From: an uncultured Actinomycetes bacterium | GTDB lineage: Bacteria; Actinomycetota; Acidimicrobiia; IMCC26256; DASPTH01 | Reading direction: 5' to 3' | NCBI GenBank assembly: GCA_963725775.1 | Contig: CAVRZT010000006.1 | Span: 14,734-78,733, forward strand | Length of the DNA: 64,000 bases | Part shown: positions 53,415 through 63,514 of the stretch, in pieces | Numbering within the stretch: position 1 is the stretch's first letter | Layout of the letters: each line of letters opens with the position of its first letter | The notes under the pieces: generated by a model | Databases searched by the model: none | Told to the model about the DNA's origin: nothing | The model's input: the letters and a program-made list of their open reading frames with translations, nothing else | Program-made: the position numbers and the translations under genes

Positions 53415-54839
53415 TCAGAGGCCGTAGGCCTCGAGGAGGCGGAGCCAGATTTCGCTCACGGTCGGGAACGCCGGGACGGCGTGCCAGAGCACGTCGAGCG
53501 GGACCTCACCGACGATCGCGATGGTCGCGCCGTGGAGCATCTCGGCGACGGCGGGGCCGGTGAACGTGGCGCCCACGATCACGCGGCGGGCGTCGTCGAC
53601 CACCAGTTGGCACGTGCCCTCGATGCCCTTGCCGTGCACCGCCGCGCCCGCGACGTCGCCGGTGCCGTAGCTCACCACCTTCACCTCGACGCCCTGCTCC
53701 CGCGCCTTCGCCTCGGTGAGCCCGACCGATGCCAGCTGCGGATCGGTGAACACCACCGCGGGCACGGCGCGATGATCCGCCCACGCTTCGATCGCCGAAC
53801 CGCGCAGGATCGCGTCACCCGCGATGCGGGCCTGGTACTTGCCCACGTGCGTGAGCAGCGAGCGGCCGTTGACGTCGCCGATCGCGTACAGCCACCCGCC
53901 CTCGACGCCAGTGGCGCGCAACTGGTCGTCGACCTCGACCGGCTTCCCCGGTTCCAACCCGACCGCCTCGAGCCCGAGTTCGCCGGTGTTGGGCCGACGA
54001 CCGGTGGCCACGAGGATCTCGTCGGCGGTGAACGTCCGCCCGTCGTCGACGGTCAACGTGACCGGGGCGTCGTCGCCACCGACACGCCGTGCACTCGTCG
54101 CCTTCACGTCGAGCACCACCGTGATGCCCTCGGCCGCGAACGCCGCCTGCAGCTCCTCGCTCGCGAACGGCTCGAGCTGCGGCACGAGGCGCGCGGCCTG
54201 GTCGACCACTGTCACCTCGCGCGCGCCGAGCCGCTTCCAGGCCTGGGCCATCTCGCAGCCCACGGCCCCGCCCCCGAGCACCAGCAGCCGCTCGGGCACC
54301 GCCTTCGCGCTCGTCATGTCACGGCTGTCCCACGTGCGAATGTCGCGCAGGCCATCGATCGGGGGCACGACCGCAGACGACCCGGTGGCGATCACGACCG
54401 CCTTGGCCGCCTCGAGCCGCCGCACCCCGGCGCCGCCGGGGAGCTCGACATCGACCCGCCGTTCACCGACCAACCGGCCCCGGCCGCGCACGACGACACC
54501 GCCGACGTTCTCCACCCACCGCGCCTGGCTCTCGTCGTCCCAGTGCGAGGTGATGTCGTCGCGCCAGTCGAGCACCGCCTGCACGTCGAGCTCGCCGGTG
54601 ACCGCGGCCGCCGCCCCCGGCACCCGCCGCACCTCGGCCAACGCCTCGCCCGGGCGCAGCAACGCCTTGCTCGGCATGCACGCCCAGTACGAGCACTCAC
54701 CGCCAACGAGCTCGGCCTCGACGATCGCGATGCCCGCCCCGCAGTCGACGCAGCGCCCGGCAATGTTCTCGCCCGCGGACCCACCACCGATCACGACGAC
54801 GTCGAACTGCTCCACCGGCTGCGCGTCCGTGTCGGTCAT
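53415..54839 (-). CDS. FAD-dependent pyridine nucleotide-disulfide oxidoreductase (dihydrolipoyl dehydrogenase/mycothione reductase family)
   Basis: ATG 54839 in ORF 53415..54959. Motifs [10 protein letters not shown], redox Cys pair [13 protein letters not shown] and [10 protein letters not shown]. Intact. Confidence 0.85.
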   Translation of the reverse strand: MTDTDAQPVEQFDVVVIGGGSAGENIAGRCVDCGAGIAIVEAELVGGECSYWACMPSKALLRPGEALAEVRRVPGAAAAVTGELDVQAVLDWRDDITSHWDDESQARWVENVGGVVVRGRGRLVGERRVDVELPGGAGVRRLEAAKAVVIATGSSAVVPPIDGLRDIRTWDSRDMTSAKAVPERLLVLGGGAVGCEMAQAWKRLGAREVTVVDQAARLVPQLEPFASEELQAAFAAEGITVVLDVKATSARRVGGDDAPVTLTVDDGRTFTADEILVATGRRPNTGELGLEAVGLEPGKPVEVDDQLRATGVEGGWLYAIGDVNGRSLLTHVGKYQARIAGDAILRGSAIEAWADHRAVPAVVFTDPQLASVGLTEAKAREQGVEVKVVSYGTGDVAGAAVHGKGIEGTCQLVVDDARRVIVGATFTGPAVAEMLHGATIAIVGEVPLDVLWHAVPAFPTVSEIWLRLLEAYGL

Positions 54840-54897
54840 GCGCCCAGTCTCCCCGGTTTCGGCGGGACGTACGCCACCGGTACGCCACAATGTCGTC

Positions 54898-55658
54898 ATG
54901 ACCACAGTGCTCGGCATCGACATCGGCGGCACCGGCATCAAGGGCGCCCCCGTCGACACCCGCAGCGGGCAGCTGCTCGCGGACCGTCACCGAATCCTCA
55001 CGCCCCACCCGGCGACGCCCGACGCGGTGAGCGGCGTCGTCGGCGAGCTGGCGAAGTTCTTCGAGTGGACCGGTCCCGTCGGGCGCGACGTTCCCGGCGA
55101 TCGTGAAGGACGGCGTCGCCTACAGCGCGGCGAACGTCGACCCGGCGTGGATCGGCACCGACGCGGCCACGCTGTTCGCGGGCGCGATCGGCGGCGAGGT
55201 CACGGTGGTCAACGACGCCGACGCCGCGGGCGTCGCCGAGATCGCGTTCGGCGCGGGCAAGGGTCGCGACGGGCGTCGTGATCCTGGTGACGCTCGGCAC
55301 CGGCATCGGCAGCGCGCTGTTCGTCGACGGCACGCTCGTGCCCAACACCGAGCTCGGCCATCTCAAGATGGGAAAGAAGGACGCCGAGCAACGGGCCGCC
55401 GAGAGCGTGCGCGAGGAGCAGGGCCTGTCGTGGAAGGAGTGGTCGGCGCGCCTCGACGAGTACCTGCACATGGTCGAGGCGCTGTTCTCCCCCGACCTGT
55501 TCATCGTCGGCGGCGGCATCAGCAAGAAGTCGGACAAGTTCCTGCCCCGGCTGACGATCAGCACCGAGATCGTGCCCGCGCAGCTGCTCAACGAGGCCGG
55601 CATCGTGGGCGCCGCGCTCGCGCACGTGCAGCGCGCGGGCGTGCTCCACACGGATTAG
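54898..55658 (+). CDS. ppgK: polyphosphate glucokinase (ROK family), two frame breaks (~55085, ~55275)
   Basis: Motifs [35 protein letters not shown] and GGGISKK lie in three frames (ORFs 53824..55281, 55103..55822, 55278..55658). Confidence 0.85.
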
Positions 55659-56021
55659 TCGGGCGGTGTCGCGGATCGGCGTGCGCCCGGCGAACCCGGC
55701 GTCGGGCCAGTGCCACCAGTCGATGGCGTCCTCGCCGTCGAGCCAGCAGAGCAGATAGGTCGCGCCCGACGGCGCGAGCGCCGGGAAGTCGATCAGCCCG
55801 CGCTCCGGATCGCGCACGATGATGCCGTCGGCCTGGAGCTCGCCGATCAACCGGGCGATCTCGGTGTCGAGGCGCGCGCCCTGCCCGTTGGCGGTCGGGC
55901 GCGCGGTGAGGAGCTCGCGGATCCGCTCGACCTTGTCGCGCACGTCGGGCAGCGCGTCGGTGGCTTCGGCGAGGGTCCAGTGGCGCACGCAATGACCATA
56001 GGGGCACGCGAACGCCCCCAC
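55655..56021 (-). CDS. DUF2203-family protein (3' end uncertain)
   Basis: N-terminal 120 aa of ORF 55209..56021 (..[28 protein letters not shown]..). The in-frame tail runs antisense through ppgK. A TAA at about 55654 is reachable by a 1-nt shift. Confidence 0.55.
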
Positions 56022-56035
56022 TACGCTTCCCGCCG

Positions 56036-56972
56036 ATGACTCGGGTCGGGTTCCTCGGGCCGCACGGCACGTTCGCCGAGGAAGCGCTGCTCACCCAGCC
56101 CGATCTCGCCGCGGGCGAAGCGGTGCCGTTCCGCGACGTCCCGCACGTCATCACCGCGGTCGAGCGCGGCGAGGTCGACCTCGGCATCGTGCCGATCGAG
56201 AACTCGATCGAGGGCTCGATCACGGTCACGCTCGACACGCTCGCGTTCGACACCGACCTGCTGGTGCAGCGCGAGGTCGACCTGCCGATCTCGCTCCACC
56301 TGTGCGCGCGCGCCGGGCACGAAGCTCGCCGACATCACGACGGTCCTGTCGCACCCGAACCCGCTCGGCCAGACGCGCATGTGGCTGGCAGAAGCACCTG
56401 CCCGACGCGATCGCCGTCGCCGCCAACTCCACCGCCGAGGCGGCCCAGCAGGTGGCGAAGTCGCGCAAGCGGGGCATGGCGTCGATCGGCACGCGTCAGG
56501 GCGCGGTCAACGCCGGCCTCGAGATCCTCGCCAGCGAGATCGAGGACCACCCCGAGAACCAGACCCGGTTCGTGGTCGTGGGCCACGGCATCCCCGCGCC
56601 GACCGGCCACGACAAGACGTCGATCGTGTGCTTCCAGCGCCAGGACCGCCCGGGCTCGCTGCTCGCGATCCTGCAGGAGTTCGCGGCGCGCGCGCATCAA
56701 CCTCACCAAGCTCGAGTCGCGGCCGACCAAGCGCGACCTCGGCGACTACTGCTTCTTCATCGACTTCGAGGGCCACCTCGACGACGAGCTCGTCGCCGAC
56801 TGCCTCCGCAACCTCGCGGCGAAGCAGGCCCAGGTGAAGTTCCTCGGCTCGTATCCGGTCGCCGGCGACGACGGCCACGTGCGCCGGCAAGGCCGTCACC
56901 AAGGCGTGGCGCGACGCCGAACACGTGGCTCGAGAGCTGCGCGGCCAGATCCGTTCCGAGGACACGCTGTGA
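56036..56972 (+). pseudogene. pheA: prephenate dehydratase, about 5 frame breaks
   Basis: Motifs [31 protein letters not shown] and an ACT-domain tail are present but alternate between the frames of ORFs 56036..56983 and 56302..58416 and the third frame. Confidence 0.85.
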
Positions 56973-56979
56973 GCGCGTC

Positions 56980-58240
56980 ATGATCGACCTCCGCCGCCTC
57001 CGCGACGAACCGGAGTACCGCGCCGGCATCGAACGCAAGCGCGTCGCGCGACGGGCTGATCGACGAGGTGCTCGCGGCCGACGCCGCGCGGCGCGCGCTG
57101 CTCACCCGAGGTCGAGGAGCTCCGCGCGCGCCAGAACGCGGCGTCGAAGGAGATCGGCAAGGCCGCGCCCGACGAGCGGCCGGCGAAGATCGCGGCCGCC
57201 GGCGCGCTCAAGGAGGAGCTCGCAGGGCGTCGAGGCCGACGCTCGCCGAGGCTCGACGCCGCGCTCCGCGCGCTCGCGCTGCAGGTGCCGAACCCGGCCG
57301 ACGCGTCGGTGCCCGACGGCGGTGAGGACGACGGCGCGGTCGTGCGCGTCGTCGGCGACACCCCGCCGCCGCCCGCCGCTCGACCACGCCGCGTTCGGCG
57401 AGGCGATGGGCTGGGTGGAGACCGAGCAGGCCGTCCGCATGAGCGGCTCGCGCTTCGCGTACCTGATGCGCGAGGCGGTGCTGCTCGAGCTCGCGCTCGT
57501 GCAGTGGGTGATGACGAGCTCGTCGGCGAGGGCTTCACGCCGGTCGTGCCGCCGGTGCTCGTGCGCGAGCAGGCGATGGAGGAGGCCGGCTTCTTCCCGA
57601 CCGACCGCAGCCAGGTGTACGAGGTCGACGACGGCGAGCTGTTCCTCGTCGGCACGAGCGAGGTGCCGCTCTCGGCGCTGCACCGCGGCGAGATCCTCGC
57701 CGCCGACGGCCTGCCGCTGCCGCTACGCCGGCATCTCGACGAACTTCCGGCGCGAGGCGGGCACGTACGGCAAGGACACGCGCGGCATCTTCCGCGTGCA
57801 CCAGTTCGACAAGGTCGAGATGTTCTCCTACGCGCGATCCCGCGACGTCGTGGGACGAGCACGACGCGCTCCTCGCGATCGAGGAGTCGATCGTCGGCGG
57901 GCTCGGGCTGCCGTACCGCGTCGTGAACATCGCGGCCGGCGACCTCGGCGCCGCCGCGGCGAAGAAGTACGACATCGAGGTGTGGCTGCCGTCGGAGGGC
58001 GCGTACCGCGAGCTCACGTCGTGCTCGAACTACCTCGACTTCTCGGCCCGCCGGCTCGCGACGCGCGTGCAAGGGCGACGCGCGGCAACGAGCTCGTGCA
58101 CACGCTCAACGGCACCGCGTGCGCGATCGGCCGCACGCTCGTGTTCCTGTTCGAGCACTACCAGGACGCCGACGGCGGGTTCGCCGTGCCCGACGTGCTG
58201 CGCCCCTACACCGGCTTCGACCGCGTCGCGCCGTCGCTGA
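56980..58240 (+). pseudogene. serS: seryl-tRNA synthetase, about 9-10 frame breaks; exact stop unclear
   Basis: [12 protein letters not shown] start, motif 2 NFRREAG, and motif 3 region [17 protein letters not shown]. Segments are scattered over all three frames. The frame of the last segment runs on into the tRNA. Confidence 0.85.
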
Positions 58241-58266
58241 ATCGTGCCCCGCCTAGCCTGACGGGC

Positions 58267-58351
58267 GGAGGGGTGCCAGAGCGGCCGAATGGGACGGTCT
58301 TGAAAACCGTTGAGGCGCAAGTCTCCGAGGGTTCGAATCCCTCTCCCTCCG
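58267..58351 (+). tRNA. tRNA-Ser (anticodon UGA)
   Basis: Hand-folded. Acceptor GGAGGGG/TCCCTCC, anticodon arm ACGGT-CTTGAAA-ACCGT, long variable arm, T-arm GAGGG-TTCGAAT-CCCTC, discriminator G. No encoded CCA. Confidence 0.9.
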
Positions 58352-58366
58352 CCCTCTCCCTCCGCC
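58341..58366. repeat. tandem duplication of the tRNA-Ser 3' end (CTCTCCCTCCGCC x2)
   Basis: Read directly: 58341-58353 (the last 11 nt of the tRNA plus CC) is repeated exactly at 58354-58366. Confidence 0.85.
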
Positions 58367-58415
58367 ATCGTGATGTCGCGAGACATCGTGGACACGCGAA
58401 CCTGCAGCGACGCTA

Positions 58416-58720
58416 GTGGGCTTCTCGGTTGAGGCCTTGGTAGCGGCTGGTGGGGTCGATGGTGAGGTACGGAACTTCGGGATCGCGAGTTCCACGTCGC
58501 CGGCCTTCGTCGCCAACGGCTTTCGGGCGGGTCCCGTTGCGTTGGTTCGTGCGACTCTCCGTGCGTTCGTGACGCCCAGTACCGATCACCTCGGTTGCTT
58601 CGGCATCGATGAGCGCCTGGAGGACCATCTCCACACTCGAGCGGATCAGATCGACATCGCCACCCACCAGTTCCCCGCGCAACACCGGTCGGGTGTGCAT
58701 ACGGTCGCCTACACCCCTCC
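58416..58720 (-). mobile_element. IS256-family transposase remnant (N-terminal ~95 aa, frameshifted and truncated)
   Basis: ORF 58413..58772 reads ..DLIRSSVEMVLQALIDAEATEVIGTGRHERTESRTNQRNGTRPK... ORF 58253..58516 continues ATKAGDVELAIPKFR. This matches the remembered IS256/IS1081 N-terminal pattern. No catalytic DDE part is present. Confidence 0.6.
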
Positions 58721-58945
58721 GACACCAAGCGCCGCAACGGTTATCGGGCGACGGCCCTCCCGGCGGCATCACCGCGCCGCCACAACGGGGTGCGGCGGGG
58801 ACAGTGATAGCCCATCGCGTCGATCGGGGACGTTCGGCCCTTGGCGCGGGTGCCTTGGGGCGCGATCATGCCCTCGAGAGCGCGGCCTTTCGCATGAAGG
58901 GGTACTCCGAGGCGGCGTGCGAGCGTGCTCAGGACGGGGTGAGAA

Positions 58946-59503
58946 ATGAGCAGAACCCGGGGTCGTCGCGTTTCGTGCTGGATTGGGGTGCTGGGGGTTG
59001 CTCTTGCGCTCGGGGGTTCCGCAACTGTGGTCGGCGCTGACGAGTCCACACCGGCACATCCTTCGGTCAGCTTCCCGCTGACGACGGTCGTGGAAGGGGA
59101 GCCCGGCACGATCCACGACATCACGTCGAGTGACGTGCCAGCGGACCTCGTAGGTCAGGAATGTTCCGTCACGGTCACTGCCAACAACAACGAGTCCATC
59201 CATCCTCACACCGACCTCATCATTGCCTCCGGGAGCGACCAAGTCGTCGTCCCAGACGTTGAAGCCACTCCGGGCGGGAGCACGACCGGTAACGGAGCGC
59301 TGACGCTCACGGTGACGCTCACCGTGTCGGTCAGGCTCGGACCGGACGGCGTATTCTCGGGCGGCGGATCCGTTGACCTGGTATGCACCCCCGTGACGCC
59401 GGCACCGATAGTTCAGCCCGTCACGGAAGTCGGCGGGATCTTGGTGGCCGGGCCACCGGCCGCGCCGCAAGCCGTTGCGGTCGCGCCAAGCTTCACGGGA
59501 TAG
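58946..59503 (+). CDS. hypothetical secreted protein (atypical composition)
   Basis: ATG 58946. Signal-peptide-like N-terminus (RRVSCWIGVLGVALALGGSATVVGA). Thr/Val/Gly-rich. Local GC is visibly lower, about 53% over 59161-59220 by hand count. Confidence 0.5.
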   Translation: MSRTRGRRVSCWIGVLGVALALGGSATVVGADESTPAHPSVSFPLTTVVEGEPGTIHDITSSDVPADLVGQECSVTVTANNNESIHPHTDLIIASGSDQVVVPDVEATPGGSTTGNGALTLTVTLTVSVRLGPDGVFSGGGSVDLVCTPVTPAPIVQPVTEVGGILVAGPPAAPQAVAVAPSFTG

Positions 59504-59555
59504 GGGCGCGGCCCTGTGGCGGCTCCGAGCAGTCGCCGCGAGCGGGAGTCGGCCC

Positions 59556-59900
59556 ATGTCCGTGTCTCGAGCACTGGGCCAGGCGTGGTGGGCGCCGCTG
59601 GCCGCCCTGTTGGTGGTGGGCCAACTCGTCATCGCGGTGTTGTTCGGATTCGAGCTCGACGACGACACCGAGAGCGGGGTCGCCGGCATCGTCATCGCGC
59701 TCGCCGGCGCGGTGATCCTGGCGTTCAGTCTGGGGGACCGCCCCCGCCGGCGCGTGCGCGGCGACGTCGCCATCGTCATCGGTTCCCTGATCGCCATGGT
59801 CTGGTTCTGGAGCCTGGTGATGCCGCTCCTCGCGATCGTCGTGCTCGTCGGACTGTTCATCACGGAGCTCCGGGATTCTCGTCGCGCCCGTGTGAGCTGA
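59556..59900 (+). CDS. hypothetical small membrane protein
   Basis: Internal ATG of ORF 59475..59900. Three to four hydrophobic spans. No family recognised. Confidence 0.4.
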   Translation: MSVSRALGQAWWAPLAALLVVGQLVIAVLFGFELDDDTESGVAGIVIALAGAVILAFSLGDRPRRRVRGDVAIVIGSLIAMVWFWSLVMPLLAIVVLVGLFITELRDSRRARVS

Positions 59901-59903
59901 CCA

Positions 59904-60785
59904 ATGGCTCGCATCCTGGTGACCGCGGCCGGCTATCGCGGCGACGTCCTCCCGTTCGTCTCGGTTGCCCGCGAGCTCGTGGCCCGCGGGCATCACGTCG
60001 ACTTCGTGGTGCCGTCGGGCTTCCACGACGCGTTCGCCGACGAGCCGGTGACGCTCCACCGCCTCGGCGTCGAGCTCTCGCCGCGCGAGCTCTTCGGCGT
60101 CCATCGCGACGTCTGGGACCGGTATGGCACCGCGCTCGGTGCCGCGCGAGCGACACGGTGGATGGTCCGGTACGGCGCGCTCGAGCACCTCGACCCGGTG
60201 TACGACTCGCTCGCGCCCATCGCCGCGCGCTCCGAGCTCGTGCTCATGCACAACGTCATCGTCCCCGCGCGATGGGCTGCGGAGATGAACGGCGTCCCGT
60301 GCGCGGCGCTCCACGTGGTGCCGAGCCTCATCCCCAGCGACGAGCGACTCCCGGAGATGCGTCCGATGCCCGCGCCCCGGGGTCGTGCGGGCCGGGCGAT
60401 CAACCGACTCGCGTGGGCCGGCTCGACGCGGACGATGGAACTGGTGTTCTCCGCGAACCGAACGCGGCGAGCTGATCGTGGAAGCGTTCGACGACCTTCA
60501 GGTCCGCGGCATCTTCCTCGTGGGCGACCCGTCGAACATCACGGGACGGCTCCAGGGTCGACCGGGCGTGTGGCCGTTCGTTCCGCTGCATCTCGTGATA
60601 CCGAGGTGCGCCATCCGTCGGCCCGATCGGCGCGCTGCCGCTCGTGCACCGGCTCGTGACCGACGACCGGCTCGGGGAGCGTGCGCGAGGATTCGCGGCG
60701 CAACTTGCGGGCGAGCACGGAGCCGCTCGCGCTGCTCGACGCGATCGACGCCGTCCTCGAACCGCGCGACCATTCCGCCCGCTGA
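59904..60785 (+). pseudogene. GT1-family (MGT/UDP-glycosyltransferase-like) glycosyltransferase remnant
   Basis: N-terminus MARILVTAAGYRGDVLPFVSVARELVARGHHV. The frame changes at about 60470, 60610 and 60720. The HHGG(x)GT donor-binding region seems to be missing. About 294 codons against the ~400 expected. Confidence 0.55.
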
Positions 60786-60808
60786 ACCACGTCAGTCGGG
60801 AGGTCCGT

Positions 60809-61188
60809 GTGAAATCACCGTGGAAGACGAGCGCGGCGCTCGAGCCGGATCGGGAGTACCTGGTGCTCGCGTCGAGCATCCCCGCGAAGAGCCTGCGGTC
60901 GACGCCGAAGATGTTCCGGGGTTCCTCCGCGGTGCGCAAGCAGCTGCGTCGGCCGACGGGCTGGTCGGGTTCTCGATGCTGGCGAGCCCGATGCGGAAGT
61001 ACTACGCCACGCTCTCGGTGTGGCGCGACGCCGACGCTCTGAACGTGTTCGTCGCGGACAGCCCGCACCACGAGATCATGAGTGAGCTCGCTCCCGAGAT
61101 GGGAGCGACCAAGTTCGTGCGGTGGACGATCGCGGGCGCGGCCGGACGGCCGTCGTGGGACGACGCGTTGCGGCGCCTCGGGCGATGA
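60809..61188 (+). CDS. DUF3291-like small protein (one frame break near 60945)
   Basis: GTG 60809 preceded by GGGAGG. The N-terminal part is in ORF 60644..61042. The C-terminal part (GLVGFSMLASPMRKYYATLSVWRDADAL) is in ORF 60385..61188. Confidence 0.5.
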
Positions 61189-61665
61189 GCGCCGACCCGC
61201 TCCCACGTCCCACCGGGCCGTACCCGATCGGACGAACCGCGATCCGGTGCACCGACCCGGGCCGCGGTGTGCGAGTACACGGCCGCCGACCTCCGCTCCG
61301 TCGCCGACCAGCTCGAGCATCTCGAGCGGAACGCGGCGCTGGAGTGGTGTCGCACCGACCCCCGATGCTGCGGCCGCGGTGGACCTCGACGGGTGGCGCA
61401 CGGTCGACCGGGTCGGCGAGCCCGCGGCACCGTGCAGGTGACGGGCGCGACGCACATGAGCTTCACGGACCTCCCGTTCTTGCCGCTCCGCGACGACAGC
61501 CCCGCCCGGGCGATGCTGAACCAGACCTCGATCGACCCGATGCGCATATGGCGCATCACGAGCGACCTGCTCCTGGCGTTCTTCGCCGAGCACCGCGACG
61601 GTGAACCGAGCACCATCGATGCAGTGATCGCCGACGTGCCGGAGGTGCAGCCCGGGCCGCCGTGA
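61185..61665 (+). pseudogene. alpha/beta-hydrolase (lipase/PAF-acetylhydrolase-like) remnant with internal deletions
   Basis: ATG 61185 (ATGA overlap). The N-terminal LPRPTGPYPIGRT joins directly to ..YTAADLRSVADQLE.. and then ..VTGATHMSFTDLPFL... The nucleophile-elbow region is absent. About 160 codons. Confidence 0.45.
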
Positions 61666-61674
61666 TCCCGGTGC

Positions 61675-62553
61675 TCACAACCAGTCGATGCGGTGGAACC
61701 ACGCGATCAGCACGACCGTGACGACGGCCATGATCGATCCTGCGGTGACCCAGGAACCGGAGCCGGGCAGACCGTCGATGTTCATGCCGTACCAACCGGT
61801 GATGACCGCGTTGACGGCGAACACGCCGCCCCAGGCGCCGATCGCCTTGTTGATCTCGTTCTGGCGCGCCGAGATCAGGCTCATCCGGGCGTCGGTCGTC
61901 AGCTCGAGCCGACGATCCAGACCGTCGAGGTCGGATTCGAGCATCGTGAGCGCCCGCGCCCGGGCGTCGATCGCGTCCGACGTGCGCACGGAGTCACCGC
62001 TGGTCGGCGCCAGACGCCGCAGACCGATCAGCACCGCGTGGTTGCGCCGGAGGCGGCGTCGCGCGTCGCCGATGTCGCCCGCCAGTCTCAGGCCGTCGGC
62101 AACGACGTCCTCGGACGACTGCCGGCTGCTGGCGCTCCCGATGACGGCCAACGCATGCGCCTCGTGGTCACGACCGAGTTGCTCGATCGTCGCCTCGTCG
62201 CGCTCGACGAGCGTGTCGACCAGACCCAGCACGCTCGCGGTCGACGAGCCCGGCGCGCTCTCCACCACCAGATGCGCAGCCGCCGCGTCGACCAGCCCGT
62301 CGGCGGCGGCGTGCGCCGTCAGCACGCACGACCCTGACGCGACGACCAACGTCGTCAGATCGCGAGCAGACGTCACGCCGAACTGCAAGGCGCCCTGCAC
62401 GACCCGCGGGCGCAGCGATCGATCGGGGTCGGCCAACCATCCGATCGCAGGCTCGGGGAAGCCGAGCGTGCGCGCCACCGTCGTGAGGGTCGCGTCGTCG
62501 GCGTCGATCGCGTCGAACCAGGTCGCTGTCCGAACTCGGTACGCTCGCACCAC
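61675..62553 (-). CDS. corA: CorA-family divalent-cation transporter
   Basis: C-terminal part of ORF 61675..62937. GTG at 62553/62550. YGMNI signature followed by two TM segments. Confidence 0.8.
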   Translation of the reverse strand: MVRAYRVRTATWFDAIDADDATLTTVARTLGFPEPAIGWLADPDRSLRPRVVQGALQFGVTSARDLTTLVVASGSCVLTAHAAADGLVDAAAAHLVVESAPGSSTASVLGLVDTLVERDEATIEQLGRDHEAHALAVIGSASSRQSSEDVVADGLRLAGDIGDARRRLRRNHAVLIGLRRLAPTSGDSVRTSDAIDARARALTMLESDLDGLDRRLELTTDARMSLISARQNEINKAIGAWGGVFAVNAVITGWYGMNIDGLPGSGSWVTAGSIMAVVTVVLIAWFHRIDWL

Positions 62554-62662
62554 CGGGGGGAACGGGCACGAAGTCGGTGCTCCCACCGACAAGCTGGCGC
62601 ACCGCAGCCACCGGGCGAGCGTAGCGGTGGCTTGCGGCGTCGTACCGAGGGGTGGACCAGAC

Positions 62663-63505
62663 ATGAGCGACGACGGACGGTTGGCGGGGAAGGTGGCGGT
62701 GGTCACCGGGGGCGGCAACGGGCTCGGGCGCGCCACCGCCGTGCGCTTCGCCGAAGAGGGCGCGGCCGTCGTCGTCGCGGACCTGCTCGACGGTCCCGGA
62801 CACGAGACGGTCGCGGAGATCGAGTCGCTCGGCGGCCGAGCCGTGTTCGCCTCCGTCGACGTGACCAGCCGGGCCGACAACGACGCCATGGCCCGCACCG
62901 CCATCGAGCAGTTCGATGGGCTCCACGTGGTGGTCACTGCGGCGGGCGTCGCCAGCGGCGGCTACGTGTCGGGCGACCTGGAGCTGGCCGAGAAGAACAT
63001 GCGCGCCCGTGGCGACGCCGGCCCCGCCCGCGGGTTCGTGAACCTCGACATCGATGACTGGCAGTCGGTCCTCGACATCAACCTCACCGGCACGCTGAAG
63101 TCGTTGCAGTCGTGCGTCGGCGCGATGCTCGACCACGGGTGCGCGCGCGACGCCAGCCTGATCACGATCGCGTCGATCGGAGCCAAGCATCCCGACGCCG
63201 GGTCGTTGCAGTATGGCGTGTCGAAGGCCGGCGTGTGGTGGCTCACCAAGAAGCTGGCGCGCGAGCTCGTGGGTGAGGGCATCCGGGTCAACGCGATCGG
63301 CCCGGGCTTCATCGAGACCAACATGACCGCGATCATGCAGTTCATGCCCGAGGCCGCGCAGCGGCACGTGCTCAACCAGATCCCCATGGGCCGCATGGGC
63401 ACACCGCGCGAGATCGCGAACACCGCGCTGTTCCTCGCCAGCGACGAGGCGAGCTACTTCACCGGCGAGATCCTTCATCCCGATGGCGGCTTCTTCACCG
63501 AGTAG
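62663..63505 (+). CDS. SDR-family oxidoreductase (FabG-like)
   Basis: ATG 62663 in ORF 61688..63505. Motifs VTGGGNGLGRA and YGVSKAG. Intact. Confidence 0.9.
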   Translation: MSDDGRLAGKVAVVTGGGNGLGRATAVRFAEEGAAVVVADLLDGPGHETVAEIESLGGRAVFASVDVTSRADNDAMARTAIEQFDGLHVVVTAAGVASGGYVSGDLELAEKNMRARGDAGPARGFVNLDIDDWQSVLDINLTGTLKSLQSCVGAMLDHGCARDASLITIASIGAKHPDAGSLQYGVSKAGVWWLTKKLARELVGEGIRVNAIGPGFIETNMTAIMQFMPEAAQRHVLNQIPMGRMGTPREIANTALFLASDEASYFTGEILHPDGGFFTE

Positions 63506-63514
63506 AACTTCGCC

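Noticed and set aside
56973-56979. T-box or other leader upstream of serS, or an attenuator upstream of pheA.
   Set aside because: pheA and serS are separated by only about 7 nt. pheA starts 14 nt from the divergent DUF2203 gene. There is no room for a structured leader.
59480-59503. C-terminal ..APSFTG of the secreted protein as a sortase (LPXTG-like) sorting signal.
   Set aside because: The motif is followed directly by a stop codon. None of the three downstream frames gives the required hydrophobic segment plus basic tail contiguous with it.
61688-63505. 605-aa ORF spanning corA antisense plus the SDR.
   Set aside because: Only the last 280 aa (ATG 62663, TGGGNGLG) look like a protein. 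The upstream part is antisense to the CorA gene, which carries the YGMNI signature.
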